Assembly (NCBI GenBank): GCA_021773245.1
Contig: JAJFKK010000124.1
Location: 31,336 to 95,335 of the forward strand
Reading direction: 5' to 3'
Length of the DNA stretch: 64,000 bases
Source of the DNA: Gammaproteobacteria bacterium
Lineage (GTDB): Bacteria > Pseudomonadota > Gammaproteobacteria > Eutrophobiales > Eutrophobiaceae
Of this stretch, positions 42,212-53,013 are shown piece by piece; the stretch's first letter is position 1; every line of letters begins with the position of its first letter. The notes beneath the pieces were generated by a model. That model saw only the letters and a program-made list of their open reading frames with translations, was not told the origin of the DNA and did no database searches. A program made the position numbers and the translations under genes.

Positions 42212-43837
42212 ATGACACGTTTTATCCACGGATTTTCTTTAGATAATTTACGCGGCGATATTTATGGTGGCTTAACGGCTGCTGTTGTTGCTTTACCTCT
42301 CGCTCTTGCTTTTGGTGTTGCTTCTGGTGCTGGTCCATTAGCAGGCATGTATGGCGCAATACTGGTTGGTTTTTTTGCTGCTATTTTCGGTGGCACACCA
42401 TCTCAAGTCTCTGGCCCTACTGGCCCGATGACGGTGGTTATGACTGGCATTATCATGCACTTTGCAGGGAACCCGGCGATGGCATTTACCGTTGTTATGC
42501 TTGGTGGCGTATTTCAAATTATTTTTGGTATGTTGAAGTTTGGACGTTTTATCAACCTTGTGCCTTATCCGGTAGTCTCCGGATTCATGAGCGGTATTGG
42601 TTGTATTATCATTATCTTGCAACTTGCGCCGCTAGTAGGTGGAGAATCCGTTAAGGGGATTTTGCAATCCGTCTTGGCTTTGCCTAATTTAATTCACCAG
42701 ATGCAAACTCACGCGTTTAGCTTGGGACTCATTGCATTAGCCATTGTTTGTTTTCTTCCTAAACAGATTAGCCGTTATATCCCTGGTCCTTTATTAGCAT
42801 TAATCGTTGGCACAATAGCGGGAGTCATGTTTTTTAAAGATGCGAGTGTTATCGGTGAGATCCCAACCGGTTTGCCTAGTATGCAATTACCCGTTTTTTC
42901 AGTGGAAGAATTTGCCACCATTATTCAATTCTCTTTGATTCTTGCGTTTCTTGGATCAATTGATTCCTTATTAACGTCATTAATTGCGGATAGTGTTACT
43001 AGAACACATCATAAATCTGATCGTGAATTAGTCGGCCAAGGTATCGGTAATATTGTTGCTGGGTTGTTTGGCGCTATTCCTGGTGCAGGTGCAACGATGC
43101 GAACCGTAGTTAATGTTCGTGCTGGAGGACGTACGCCGATCTCGGGAGCGTTACATGCCATCGTTTTATTGTTAATGGTGTTAGGTTTGGGAGGTCTCGC
43201 TGAACATATTCCTCATGCCGTACTTGCAGGTATTTTGCTTAAAGTCGGTTATGACATTATTGATTGGAATTACGTTAAACGTCTTCATCAGGTTCCACGA
43301 TCCGGTGTACTGATAATGTTAACCACACTAGTGTTAACAGTATTGGTTGATCTTGTTACAGCTGTTGCGGTAGGAACAATTATGGCGAGCATGCTATTTG
43401 TTAAACGTATGGCAAATACTCAGGCAGAAAGCATGAAGATTGTAGGCGGAGCCGGTGATTGGCATGCATTGACTGAAGAAGAAGTTGCCTTATTTGATCG
43501 TGCCAATGGCCGTATTGTTTTATTTCATATAGAAGGGCCAATGAGTTTCGGATCGACTAAAGACATTGTGCAATTATTAACGGCTGATCGTGAACAAGAT
43601 GTACTTATTCTTGATTTTACCGATGTCACGTTTATCGACAGTAGCGCAACATTTGCAGTTGAAGAAGTAGTCAGACAAGCACAGGATGATAATGACTCAG
43701 TTATTATTTGCGGCATGAGTGAATCAGTCGAAAAAGTAATACGAAGTATTGGCGTGAATAAACTTTTGCCATATGAATATATAAAGAAAACAAGACTACA
43801 AGCGTTGCAATTTTCAGAGGAGATACTGAAAAAGTAG
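42212..43837 (+). CDS. SulP/SLC26 anion transporter with STAS domain (BicA/DauA-like)
   Basis: ALPLALAFG, SGPTGPM, GAGATMRT, DFTDVTFIDSS. Confidence 0.92.
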   Translation: MTRFIHGFSLDNLRGDIYGGLTAAVVALPLALAFGVASGAGPLAGMYGAILVGFFAAIFGGTPSQVSGPTGPMTVVMTGIIMHFAGNPAMAFTVVMLGGVFQIIFGMLKFGRFINLVPYPVVSGFMSGIGCIIIILQLAPLVGGESVKGILQSVLALPNLIHQMQTHAFSLGLIALAIVCFLPKQISRYIPGPLLALIVGTIAGVMFFKDASVIGEIPTGLPSMQLPVFSVEEFATIIQFSLILAFLGSIDSLLTSLIADSVTRTHHKSDRELVGQGIGNIVAGLFGAIPGAGATMRTVVNVRAGGRTPISGALHAIVLLLMVLGLGGLAEHIPHAVLAGILLKVGYDIIDWNYVKRLHQVPRSGVLIMLTTLVLTVLVDLVTAVAVGTIMASMLFVKRMANTQAESMKIVGGAGDWHALTEEEVALFDRANGRIVLFHIEGPMSFGSTKDIVQLLTADREQDVLILDFTDVTFIDSSATFAVEEVVRQAQDDNDSVIICGMSESVEKVIRSIGVNKLLPYEYIKKTRLQALQFSEEILKK

Positions 43838-44090
43838 GCCAAAGCAAACTCCTTTCCCATAGGTGACCAAATATTTCTGTTTTCCAGTTTGAGAAAAGCA
43901 TCAATAATATAAGTGATTGATATTAATATATAATACTTCCTCTCCCCTTGTTTTTTGATAGCCAATTTCTTGAGTAATTGACCAAGAAAAGAAGTCTCTA
44001 AATCAGCTATAATTATATTTCTCATGGGCATAAGGACGTTGTTTGAGAGTAATACCGAAATAATAAAAATTATTAAATCCGGAATAAGAG

Positions 44091-45338
44091 ATGGCTGATA
44101 GTTTAATTGGGGAAATCATCGCCTGTCACGAGTGCGATAACCTGCATCATTATGAATTGATCCCTGTTGGTGCAAAAGCCAATTGCCTGCACTGTGGAAA
44201 TTTATTATATAGACACGTTCCCGATTCTATAAACCGAACTTTAGCCTTATATCTTACTGCTCTATTCCTTTTTATTATTGCTAATACCTTTCCTTTTCTT
44301 TCTCTTGAGCTAGGTGGCCGGGTAGTTGAGAATATTTTATTTTCCAGTGGTTGGGCGATGTATGAGTTAGGTATGGGTGAATTAGGCGTCCTTATTTTTT
44401 TAACGAGTATTTTGTTTCCGTTAATTGTTATTGTTGGCATGCTCTATTTATTAATACCTGCAAGTTTAGGGAAAGTTGCACCACATATGGGACAAGTCTA
44501 CCGTATTATCAATGCATTACTTCCCTGGAGTTTGATTGGTGTGTTTATGCTGGGTGTGTTGATAGGCATTGTTAAACTACAAGATCTGGCTAATGTCATT
44601 TTCGGCCCTGCAATTATTGCCTTAGCCTTATTATTGCTTGTCTATACTGCGGCGAGGGCAAGTTTTAATCCTCATGAATTATGGTCATTAACCGAACATA
44701 CATCGTTGGACCTTTCCAGTGATGAACTAGCGAATAAAAATATTATCAATTGTCATACTTGTGGTTTTCTTAGCCTCGAATCAGGTGAACATCAACATTG
44801 CTTACGATGTGATTCACAATTACATCATAGAATAAATAACAGTGTTGAAACGACATGGGCATTATTAATTTCAGCAGTTGTACTTCTAATACCAGCAAAT
44901 CTTTATCCGGTAATGACGGTGATACGTTTTGGTCAGGGCGAACCAAATACGATTTTGAGTGGTGTCCTGCATTTAATCGAATCTGGCATGTGGGGTTTGG
45001 CGATGATTGTATTTGTTGCCAGCATTGTCGTTCCAGTAACGAAATTAATTATTTTGAGTTTTTTATTAATTAGTGTTCAAAAAAAATCAGTTTGGCGTCC
45101 GCGCGACCGAACCTTGCTTTATCGTGTGACGGAAGTAGTTGGTGCCTGGTCTATGGTTGATATTTTTCTGGTTGGCTTGTTATCCGCATTAGTAAGTTTG
45201 GGTGCTTTATCAACAATACGTCCGGGAGTTGGTGCAATTTTCTTTGCCGGAGCAGTAGTAGTGACGATGTTTGCCGCGCAAAGTTTTGATTCGCGCCTGA
45301 TTTGGGATAATGTTAGGGAAAAAGAAACTGAAAATTAG
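44091..45338 (+). CDS. pqiA: PqiA-family inner membrane protein
   Basis: CHECD/CLHCG and CHTCG/CLRCD pairs, PANLYPVM, WSMVDIF. Confidence 0.92.
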   Translation: MADSLIGEIIACHECDNLHHYELIPVGAKANCLHCGNLLYRHVPDSINRTLALYLTALFLFIIANTFPFLSLELGGRVVENILFSSGWAMYELGMGELGVLIFLTSILFPLIVIVGMLYLLIPASLGKVAPHMGQVYRIINALLPWSLIGVFMLGVLIGIVKLQDLANVIFGPAIIALALLLLVYTAARASFNPHELWSLTEHTSLDLSSDELANKNIINCHTCGFLSLESGEHQHCLRCDSQLHHRINNSVETTWALLISAVVLLIPANLYPVMTVIRFGQGEPNTILSGVLHLIESGMWGLAMIVFVASIVVPVTKLIILSFLLISVQKKSVWRPRDRTLLYRVTEVVGAWSMVDIFLVGLLSALVSLGALSTIRPGVGAIFFAGAVVVTMFAAQSFDSRLIWDNVREKETEN

Positions 45339-45340
45339 AA

Positions 45341-47035
45341 ATGGAAATCTCAAGCCCAAAAGTTAGCAAACGTTCTGGCCCTTCTGTTGTCTGGATAATT
45401 CCATTCCTTACTTTGCTTGTCGGTGGCTGGCTAATAGTAAAAACGCTCTCCGAACAAGGCCCGCAGGCGAGTATTAGTTTTAAAACGGCGGAAGGCATTG
45501 AAGTAGGCAAGACTAAAATCAAATATAAGAGTGTTGATATTGGTGTTGTTGAACATATTAAATTTAGTGATGATTTTTCTAATGTCATTTTAACTGCGGA
45601 ATTTAGTCAAGGATCAGAGAAGTTCTTGCATCGCGGTACTCGCTTTTGGGTGGTTAAACCTCAACTTGGGTTACAAGGCGCGTCTGGATTGAGCACTTTA
45701 ATATCCGGCGCTTATATTGAAATTGAACCAGGGCCCGGTGCTCAACAACGGCATTTTATCGGTTTAGAAAAGCAACCTGTCATTAAAGCCGATGAACAGG
45801 GAAAGGAGATTGTATTAATTACGAATAAACTTGGTTCAATAGATCGAGGCTCGCCTATTTATTTTCAAGGTTTGCTAGCTGGTGAAGTTCTTGGTCATGA
45901 ACTCGGCAATGATCAGAAGAGTGTTTACATTCATGCTTTTATTAAAGATCCGTTTGATCAACTAATTCGTGGTAATACTAATTTTTGGAATGTTAGCGGT
46001 ATTAATGTCTCAATGAGTGCGGATGGCTTTAAAGTAAAAACCGAATCACTTCGCTCTATGATGTTTGGCGGTATCGCGTTTGATACACCGGAAACACTAG
46101 AGTTAGTCACGACTGATGTTGATAACCTGGTTTTTACTTTGCATGATAGTTTTGAAGCGATTCAGGAAAACTCTTATACCCGAAAGCTTAAGTTTATTAT
46201 GTTCTTTGACAGTTCAGTCCGTGGCTTAACTATTGGTGCGCCGGTTGAGTTTAAAGGTATTAAAGTTGGCTCTGTACTCGATGTTAGACTTGAATTTGAT
46301 AGTGATGACACATCATTTCGTATTCCAGTATTAATTGAAATTGAACTACAACGAATTATTGAACGTGGAAATGAAGATAGTGGTTCGACATATGAAACAT
46401 TGGGTAAATTAGTTGAGCGTGGACTTCGTGCGCGTTTGCAAACAGGGAGTTTGTTGACCAGCCAATTGTATGTTGAATTGGATATGCATCCTGATTCTCC
46501 CATCAATATTAGTGGTGAAGAAACAGCATTCCCAGAATTACCGACTTTACCAACAGCTAATTTTGGCGCAATAACTCAATCTGCTGAAAAATTATTGGCG
46601 AAACTAAATGCAATTGATATTGATAATGTTTCAACTGTATTACTTGAAACAATAACTAATGCAAATAGCACGTTGCAGATTGCAGACGAAACAATCACCA
46701 ACGCTAATGCGTTAATTACTTTACCAGGCATTCCGACGGCAATAGAAGATATGCAAGCTTCATTAAGTAATTTTAAAAATATAATGCAGAAAATAGATGC
46801 TTCTAATATTACAGAGGCGATCGATGCCGGTCATCTTGCTCTGGAAAGTTTAACCGTTACATTAGGTAAAACGAATAATATTTTAGAACCAAATTCACCG
46901 GCACAATATAACTTGATAAAACTAACTGGTGAACTTGAAGAGACCGCACGTTCAATACGATCATTGGTCGAGACTTTGGAGCGCAATCCGCAAGCTTTAA
47001 TTTTTGGCAAGGATAAAAAGGCCAAAGGAGAATAA
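45341..47035 (+). CDS. pqiB: PqiB-family MCE protein
   Basis: VWIIP, AEGIEVGKT, FWVVKP, SGAYIEIEPG, GLRARLQTGSLLT, LERNPQALIFG. Confidence 0.92.
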   Translation: MEISSPKVSKRSGPSVVWIIPFLTLLVGGWLIVKTLSEQGPQASISFKTAEGIEVGKTKIKYKSVDIGVVEHIKFSDDFSNVILTAEFSQGSEKFLHRGTRFWVVKPQLGLQGASGLSTLISGAYIEIEPGPGAQQRHFIGLEKQPVIKADEQGKEIVLITNKLGSIDRGSPIYFQGLLAGEVLGHELGNDQKSVYIHAFIKDPFDQLIRGNTNFWNVSGINVSMSADGFKVKTESLRSMMFGGIAFDTPETLELVTTDVDNLVFTLHDSFEAIQENSYTRKLKFIMFFDSSVRGLTIGAPVEFKGIKVGSVLDVRLEFDSDDTSFRIPVLIEIELQRIIERGNEDSGSTYETLGKLVERGLRARLQTGSLLTSQLYVELDMHPDSPINISGEETAFPELPTLPTANFGAITQSAEKLLAKLNAIDIDNVSTVLLETITNANSTLQIADETITNANALITLPGIPTAIEDMQASLSNFKNIMQKIDASNITEAIDAGHLALESLTVTLGKTNNILEPNSPAQYNLIKLTGELEETARSIRSLVETLERNPQALIFGKDKKAKGE

Positions 47036-47040
47036 TAATT

Positions 47041-47655
47041 ATGTGGAACACACGATATAAAGTAATAACTTTGTTATTTGTCGTTAGCTTATTAAGTGCG
47101 TGTATGGGAAGCGGCGCGACAACGCCAATAAGATATTACCTTGTTGAACCGGTAGAGTATCCAGGCAGATCACTTAAGGCAGTCAGGCCACTAAGTATAG
47201 AAATTCTTGATCTGCATATTCCTCAGTATCTGGAACGATTTCAGATTGCTTCACGCAGTAGTGAAAGTCGACTTGAGTTCTCTGATGATAATCAGTGGGG
47301 AGAAAACTTACGTAAGAATTTGCTACGAAGTATGGCGAGAAACTTATCAAGGCAGCTTTCAACGATTGATATAGGTACACCTTTGAATCGATCGTCATCA
47401 TTACCAGATTATCGTGTGCAAATTCATATTGAGCAATTTGAACAAGATATTGATAACAAGGTGAAGTTAATGGCTCGATGGCAATTAACCAGCGGTGAAG
47501 AATCAAAGTCACTTGGCGTATTTGGTGCTGAATTAGCAAGTGAACAAGTTATTGAAAAAGATAATTACGATCAAATGATCTTATCCATGCGTCAGCTATA
47601 CGGTGAGCTTAGTGAACGGATAGCCGATAGTATAATTGCCCAAGAAAATAATTAG
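47041..47655 (+). CDS. pqiC: PqiC-family lipoprotein
   Basis: Lipobox LSAC, RYYL, IPQYLER, WGENL. Confidence 0.85.
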   Translation: MWNTRYKVITLLFVVSLLSACMGSGATTPIRYYLVEPVEYPGRSLKAVRPLSIEILDLHIPQYLERFQIASRSSESRLEFSDDNQWGENLRKNLLRSMARNLSRQLSTIDIGTPLNRSSSLPDYRVQIHIEQFEQDIDNKVKLMARWQLTSGEESKSLGVFGAELASEQVIEKDNYDQMILSMRQLYGELSERIADSIIAQENN

Positions 47656-47689
47656 AAAACTAACTGGGAAAGTTATACAAAATTTAACA

Positions 47690-48586
47690 ATGAAACTCCG
47701 GTCTCAACAAAACACGGTTATCGTTGCACTTATGACTTCATGTCTATTTGTACAGAATAGTTTTGCTTTAATAAGTGAAGAAACTAGTGGCATTGAAATA
47801 ATGGAAGAAGTACAAAAACGACATCAGCAATTTCCTTATATTTATGAAGAACAGTCTATGGTTATGGAAGATAGACATGGTAAACGTGATACACGTAAAG
47901 CCAGACGTTATTCAAGAATGGAAGAAGATGGTTCGGTAAAGTTTCTTTTATTATTTGATTATCCAAAGGAAGTAAAAGGTGTTGCCTTGTTAGCTAATCG
48001 TGACGCGAATGGTAATACAAATAAATATATCTATTTGCCTGCATTAGGTGAACAGCTAATCGAAAGTACGGGTGAAGGAAGTAATGACAATTTTCTCGGC
48101 ACTGATTTTTCAGTTGAAAATTTAACAGGTGAAATACTTATTGAACATGCTTATGTTCGACGTAATGATAAAGAAATTAAAGGTATAAAATATTTTGTGA
48201 TTGATGTTTATAGTGCAAATGGACTCATGTCAGAAAAACAAGTTTTAAGACGACACTTTATTCAACAAGACAATCTATACATTACTCTTACTCATCATTT
48301 TGATAAGCAAGGTCGAGTTTCACGTATACAAAGTCACCATGATCTCAAGCCCGTTGATGGTGATATGTGGCGTGCTAACATGATTCTTATGGTAGATAAG
48401 AGAGAACGACATCAATCATTAATAAAAATATCAAAGCGAATTTTTTCGCATGATTATGTTCCGGCTGAAGTTTTTACCGCTAAGTGGTTATATGAAAATT
48501 ATCCTTATATTGAATCTCCGGATAATTCAGATGTTGAAGAAGATTCGGTAGTGTCGAACGAGACAACAGAGGAAAATGCAGAATGA
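47690..48586 (+). CDS. LolA-like outer-membrane lipoprotein-sorting protein
   Basis: FDYPKEVKGVALL, YIYLPAL, FLGTDFSVENL. Confidence 0.82.
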   Translation: MKLRSQQNTVIVALMTSCLFVQNSFALISEETSGIEIMEEVQKRHQQFPYIYEEQSMVMEDRHGKRDTRKARRYSRMEEDGSVKFLLLFDYPKEVKGVALLANRDANGNTNKYIYLPALGEQLIESTGEGSNDNFLGTDFSVENLTGEILIEHAYVRRNDKEIKGIKYFVIDVYSANGLMSEKQVLRRHFIQQDNLYITLTHHFDKQGRVSRIQSHHDLKPVDGDMWRANMILMVDKRERHQSLIKISKRIFSHDYVPAEVFTAKWLYENYPYIESPDNSDVEEDSVVSNETTEENAE

Positions 48587-51318
48587 TCGTAAAAATGTGT
48601 CTATTGGGTTATAAGCATCGTGTTCCAGTGACACTATTGTTGCTACTTGTAACCTTGTTTTCTCTTTTTGGCATGCAACGTTTACAAGTTGATACCGGTA
48701 TAGATAGTTTAATTCCTGCTGATGATCCTGCACGCCAGGTTTATCAAAGAGTCATGGGTGAATTTGGTACAGATAATAAAACCATTATCTATATTAAGGA
48801 TAAGAATTTATGGACGCCAGAAAAACTGACTCGAATTGAACAGCTACATCTGGCGGTAGAAAAAATTGAAGGAGTTACTCGAGTTGATAGCTTATTCAGC
48901 TTACATACGATTCATGGTGATGATGGTAAAATTGTTTCACGACCTGTATTACGATCTGCACCAAAAACAGAGGAAGATGCACTAAGTGCAAAAGAAAGCG
49001 CATTAGCTAACCCACTTTATCTTGGAAATTATTTCTCAAATGATGGTGAAGTAACAGCAATGATAGTTTCTGTTGCTGATGTAGAAGATAAAAATGATTT
49101 TAGTCGAACTATCTATCAAGCACTAGAAGATCAAATTGAAGTTCATCGTTCCGAGTTTAACCGCCTTACACAGGTTGGGCCACCAAGAATTAATGCTGAA
49201 TTAAAGCAGAGTCTTTATGAAGATTTCTTATTACTAGGGCCGTTGTCTGCCTTAATTCTGGTTCTGTCTATTTTAATATTTATGCGTAGTTGGTTATCTG
49301 CGATGGTGCCATTAGTAACGTCGTTGATAACTATTATCTGGACTTTTGGTCTATTAGGCTGGTTAGGTATTCCACTTAATATACTCAGCGCAATGATACC
49401 TTCATTAATTATTGTCATAGGATCAACCGAAGATACGCATTTGATGGCTGCATTTTTACGTGGTCTTGATGAAGATGTTGAAGGAGACTCTCGTCAGCAT
49501 GCGGTTAAATACATGGCAAAACATATTGGTTTGCCATTGGTTCTTACCGTGTTAACAACGGCAATGGGTTTTGCCAGTAATCTTTTTAGTAATATTGAGT
49601 TGATTCAACATTTCTCAATTGCGGCAACTTTCGCTATGTTGGCAAATGGTTTTATTACGGTGCTGGTTTTACCATTGATGCTGTCTTTGTTTGCTCCTGA
49701 TAAAAACATCAGTCTCGTTAAAGACAAGAATACAAAAAGTGTTCCTAATCGGATAATGAAATTATTTCGTTATTCTCAAGATCATTTTCCTTTGTCGACG
49801 TTGCTAGTAACCGCGGTCTTATGCATATTTTTTGTTATGCAGGCAGCCAAGTTATATGTCACAAATGATCCGCTTTCTTATTTTCCAAGCGATCGTCCAT
49901 TAATACAGGATGTTAAACAAATTCATGAAGATCTTGCTGGCGTAAAAATATTCTTTATATCGCTTGAATCTAAACAAGCTAAAGCATTTCAAGATCCAAA
50001 AAATATTAAAAAATTATCTGCGATACAGGAATTTCTTGATAGTCAGGGCGCTTATGATCGCACGATATCTTTAGCCGATCACTTGAAGTTTATGAATCGC
50101 GAATTTCGTAACACTTCTGTTGAGGGCTCTATCCCTGAAACGCGACAATTAGTTGCTCAGTACCTGATGTTTTTTCATCGTAGTGATTTGGATAGTTATG
50201 TCAGCCATGATTACAGTCGTGCCAATATTGTTGTACGTCATAACATTACGGACTCGCATACACTTAACCAATATATTGAAGAACTGGAAAGTGTTTTGGA
50301 GCAAATTGTTGGTCCAGATATGAGATCTTATATTGTTGGTGAAAATCTAATGGTAAATCACGCCGCTGAAAGTTTAATGGTGGAGCAAGTAAAAGCATTG
50401 GTTTTACTGATGACATTAATTTTCTTGATCATGTCGGCAATGTTTACTTCTTTTAAAGGTGGTTTTATTTCACTGGTACCAGCTATTATTCCAATTACCT
50501 TAATGTTTGGCATCATGGGCTTTCTTGATATTCCATTAAATCCGGGCACGGCGATGGTCGCCGTAATCGCAATTGGTATTGCAATTGATGGCACGATTCA
50601 TCTATTAGCGAGATACAATGAGCTTTGTCGTCGCACCTCTGATTATGTTGAGGCAGTTAATACGGCTGTGCAAGAAGAGGCCACGCCGCTTATTGTCTCG
50701 AGCATTGCACTTGCATTTGGATTTGGAATTTTAATCTTTTCAAATTTTACTATTGTTGCACAGTTTGGCGCTTTGGCTGCAGCAACAATGTTATTTTCTA
50801 TCTTTGCTAATCTTTTGATTACGCCGATAATAATGTCACGTATTCGCTTGATTGGTCTTTATCAAATTTTGGCAATGTCAGTCGATCGTGAAGTTCTTGA
50901 CGGTAGTCCGTTATTACAAAACATGACCAACTATCAGCGGCGTAAAGCAATTCTAATATCAGAACTACATGAATTTGAAAAAGGAGAATTACTTGTAGAG
51001 CAGGATACAATTGGTCGAGATATGTATCTTATACTTTCTGGTGAAGTAGAAGTAATTCGAAAAGATGATGGTGAATCTCGTTCATTGGCTGTTTTGAAAC
51101 CGGGACAAATTTTTGGTGAGATTGGTTATATTCGTGAAACTGAAAGAACAGCGGATGTATTAGCGCTAGAGAATGTTTCAGCCTTACGTTTTGACTATGA
51201 ACGTATGCAAAAAGACTTAAAGTTTTTTCCAAATATTGTTGCTAAGCTAAATTTCAATATTAGTTATATCCTCGGTAAACGCTTGGCAGATATGGTCGGT
51301 AGCTCGAAAAGTAAATAA
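48583..51318 (+). CDS. MMPL/RND-family transporter with C-terminal cyclic-nucleotide-binding domain
   Basis: Two MMPL TM repeats (GIPLNILSAMIP; DIPLNPGT...GIAIDGTIH); C-terminal DMYLILSGEVEV...GQIFGEIG...RTADV. Confidence 0.88.
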   Translation: MIVKMCLLGYKHRVPVTLLLLLVTLFSLFGMQRLQVDTGIDSLIPADDPARQVYQRVMGEFGTDNKTIIYIKDKNLWTPEKLTRIEQLHLAVEKIEGVTRVDSLFSLHTIHGDDGKIVSRPVLRSAPKTEEDALSAKESALANPLYLGNYFSNDGEVTAMIVSVADVEDKNDFSRTIYQALEDQIEVHRSEFNRLTQVGPPRINAELKQSLYEDFLLLGPLSALILVLSILIFMRSWLSAMVPLVTSLITIIWTFGLLGWLGIPLNILSAMIPSLIIVIGSTEDTHLMAAFLRGLDEDVEGDSRQHAVKYMAKHIGLPLVLTVLTTAMGFASNLFSNIELIQHFSIAATFAMLANGFITVLVLPLMLSLFAPDKNISLVKDKNTKSVPNRIMKLFRYSQDHFPLSTLLVTAVLCIFFVMQAAKLYVTNDPLSYFPSDRPLIQDVKQIHEDLAGVKIFFISLESKQAKAFQDPKNIKKLSAIQEFLDSQGAYDRTISLADHLKFMNREFRNTSVEGSIPETRQLVAQYLMFFHRSDLDSYVSHDYSRANIVVRHNITDSHTLNQYIEELESVLEQIVGPDMRSYIVGENLMVNHAAESLMVEQVKALVLLMTLIFLIMSAMFTSFKGGFISLVPAIIPITLMFGIMGFLDIPLNPGTAMVAVIAIGIAIDGTIHLLARYNELCRRTSDYVEAVNTAVQEEATPLIVSSIALAFGFGILIFSNFTIVAQFGALAAATMLFSIFANLLITPIIMSRIRLIGLYQILAMSVDREVLDGSPLLQNMTNYQRRKAILISELHEFEKGELLVEQDTIGRDMYLILSGEVEVIRKDDGESRSLAVLKPGQIFGEIGYIRETERTADVLALENVSALRFDYERMQKDLKFFPNIVAKLNFNISYILGKRLADMVGSSKSK

Positions 51319-51445
51319 TTTTATTATTCACTGGCATTCTATAAAATACAATTATCCGTTTTTCAAACAATTAATTATTAATGACCTCCTCTGTTTCGTA
51401 AAAGCTAGTCTTGGTTTTTTAATTAGTCCTTATTTGGTTAATAAA

Positions 51446-52066
51446 ATGAAATCAGTTATTAAAAAAAATATTATCTTATTGATTATTCTTTTATCAGCAG
51501 GACATACAGGGTTCGCATTTTCAGAAACAAGGGGAAAAGAGCTTTTCCCTGATAATATTATTGTTGAATATAATAATGAAAAATTAGATTTGTCATTGAC
51601 GGGTATAGCTATTCGAAAGAAATTTTTTCTAAAAATTTATAGGATGGCTCATTATCTTGAACAGAACTCCAGAATGTCATTCAAAAATAATGAGATCTAT
51701 TCATCTATATTGCAACATAGTGGTGCAAAGCAAATCTCGATGGTTTTTCTGCGGTCCTTGGCGGCGAAGCAGATTCAGGACTCCTTGATAACGGGTCTTA
51801 AATTGAATATGAAAGAAGAAGATTATTTGCAAATTCTGCCTAATGTCGAGATTTTCATGCGTGCGATCTATGAAGATGTTAAAGAAAACGATGAATTTGT
51901 CATTCGATGGCATCCTGATGGTACAATGGTCTCACTTTTTCAGGGTAAAGAGATCAGTTCAATCAAGGATGAGAACTTTGCCAAAGCGTTATGGTCTATC
52001 TGGTTTGGTGATTTCTCAGTCGTAGATCGCGATTTACTTATAAAAGAACTGTTAACTAGTTCCTAA
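51446..52066 (+). CDS. Chalcone-isomerase-like (fatty-acid-binding fold) exported protein
   Basis: Signal peptide, LTGIAIRKKFFLKIY..AHYL, FAKALWSIWFG, LIKELL. Confidence 0.8.
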   Translation: MKSVIKKNIILLIILLSAGHTGFAFSETRGKELFPDNIIVEYNNEKLDLSLTGIAIRKKFFLKIYRMAHYLEQNSRMSFKNNEIYSSILQHSGAKQISMVFLRSLAAKQIQDSLITGLKLNMKEEDYLQILPNVEIFMRAIYEDVKENDEFVIRWHPDGTMVSLFQGKEISSIKDENFAKALWSIWFGDFSVVDRDLLIKELLTSS

Positions 52067-52195
52067 ATTGTTTTAGTGAGTTTGTAAATAATTCTTTATA
52101 ATTTCCTGAGAAGGTTTATATTCCTGAATTCATTTCCTGATAGTTGCCATCCTGTCAAGATAATCAAAGAGTTACGTAAATTAAGAACATATTAG

Positions 52196-53005
52196 ATGAA
52201 AATTATTAAAGGTGAACTAAGCCACGGGCGATTTATTGTCCCATATCGAATTTATGGCGAAGCGAAGAAGACGATTGTTTGTATTAGTGGTGCAAAACAG
52301 ACAATGGCAGCTTGGCGTTCATTTGTTAGTCACTTCGTTTCCGAATACTCAGTCGTATTATTTGATATGCCTGGTCAAGGTAGAGCCTCAATTTTATCTG
52401 GTTCTTTAGGCATTACTTTCGATGAGCAAGTTGATGTTTTATATAATATTATTAATGAAACTAATCGAAATGGTACGGTTATATTAGCGGCAGCATCATG
52501 GGGAACAATTATCTCTGCAGCGATTGCAGCGCGTTACCCTGAATTAGTCGATAAAATGATCCTGGGTAGTTTTGGAGCTAAACCAAGCAAAGCGGTCATT
52601 GATATTATTAAAGCAGGACAAGGTTTGTTTAATGGTGATAAAACTGAACAGATTGCGCCTTTAATGATAGAAAAATTTGGTCAACATATTCCTGCCACTC
52701 AGAAAAAACAGATGATCGACCAATTTCGAGATATGAGTCGAGAACAGTTTGTCAGTTTTTACGAACATTGTGAATTTGTCGAAAAAGCATCTGATATTGA
52801 AGAATATATAGAATTAGGCAAGATTACAGCTTCGACGCTTATTTTGAGCGGTGAATATGATGCGATTCTTGATCAGGACGATATTGAAAAAGCGTCATCA
52901 AAGATTCCTGACTGTGAGTATAAAATGATTCCAGGTGCGGGGCATTTTTTACATTGGGAGCAATCAGACATTCTTTATACTTATAGCGAGTTCCTTTCCA
53001 GATAA
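52196..53005 (+). CDS. Alpha/beta hydrolase resembling RhlA/PhaG 3-hydroxyacyl-ACP transferases
   Basis: SGAKQT, VVLFDMP, ASWG nucleophile elbow, GEYD, GAGHFL. Confidence 0.7.
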   Translation: MKIIKGELSHGRFIVPYRIYGEAKKTIVCISGAKQTMAAWRSFVSHFVSEYSVVLFDMPGQGRASILSGSLGITFDEQVDVLYNIINETNRNGTVILAAASWGTIISAAIAARYPELVDKMILGSFGAKPSKAVIDIIKAGQGLFNGDKTEQIAPLMIEKFGQHIPATQKKQMIDQFRDMSREQFVSFYEHCEFVEKASDIEEYIELGKITASTLILSGEYDAILDQDDIEKASSKIPDCEYKMIPGAGHFLHWEQSDILYTYSEFLSR

Positions 53006-53013
53006 GATTGTCA

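Noticed and set aside
43525..44031. 168-aa minus-strand ORF
   Set aside because: Mostly antisense to the SulP gene with no recognisable motif; shadow ORF
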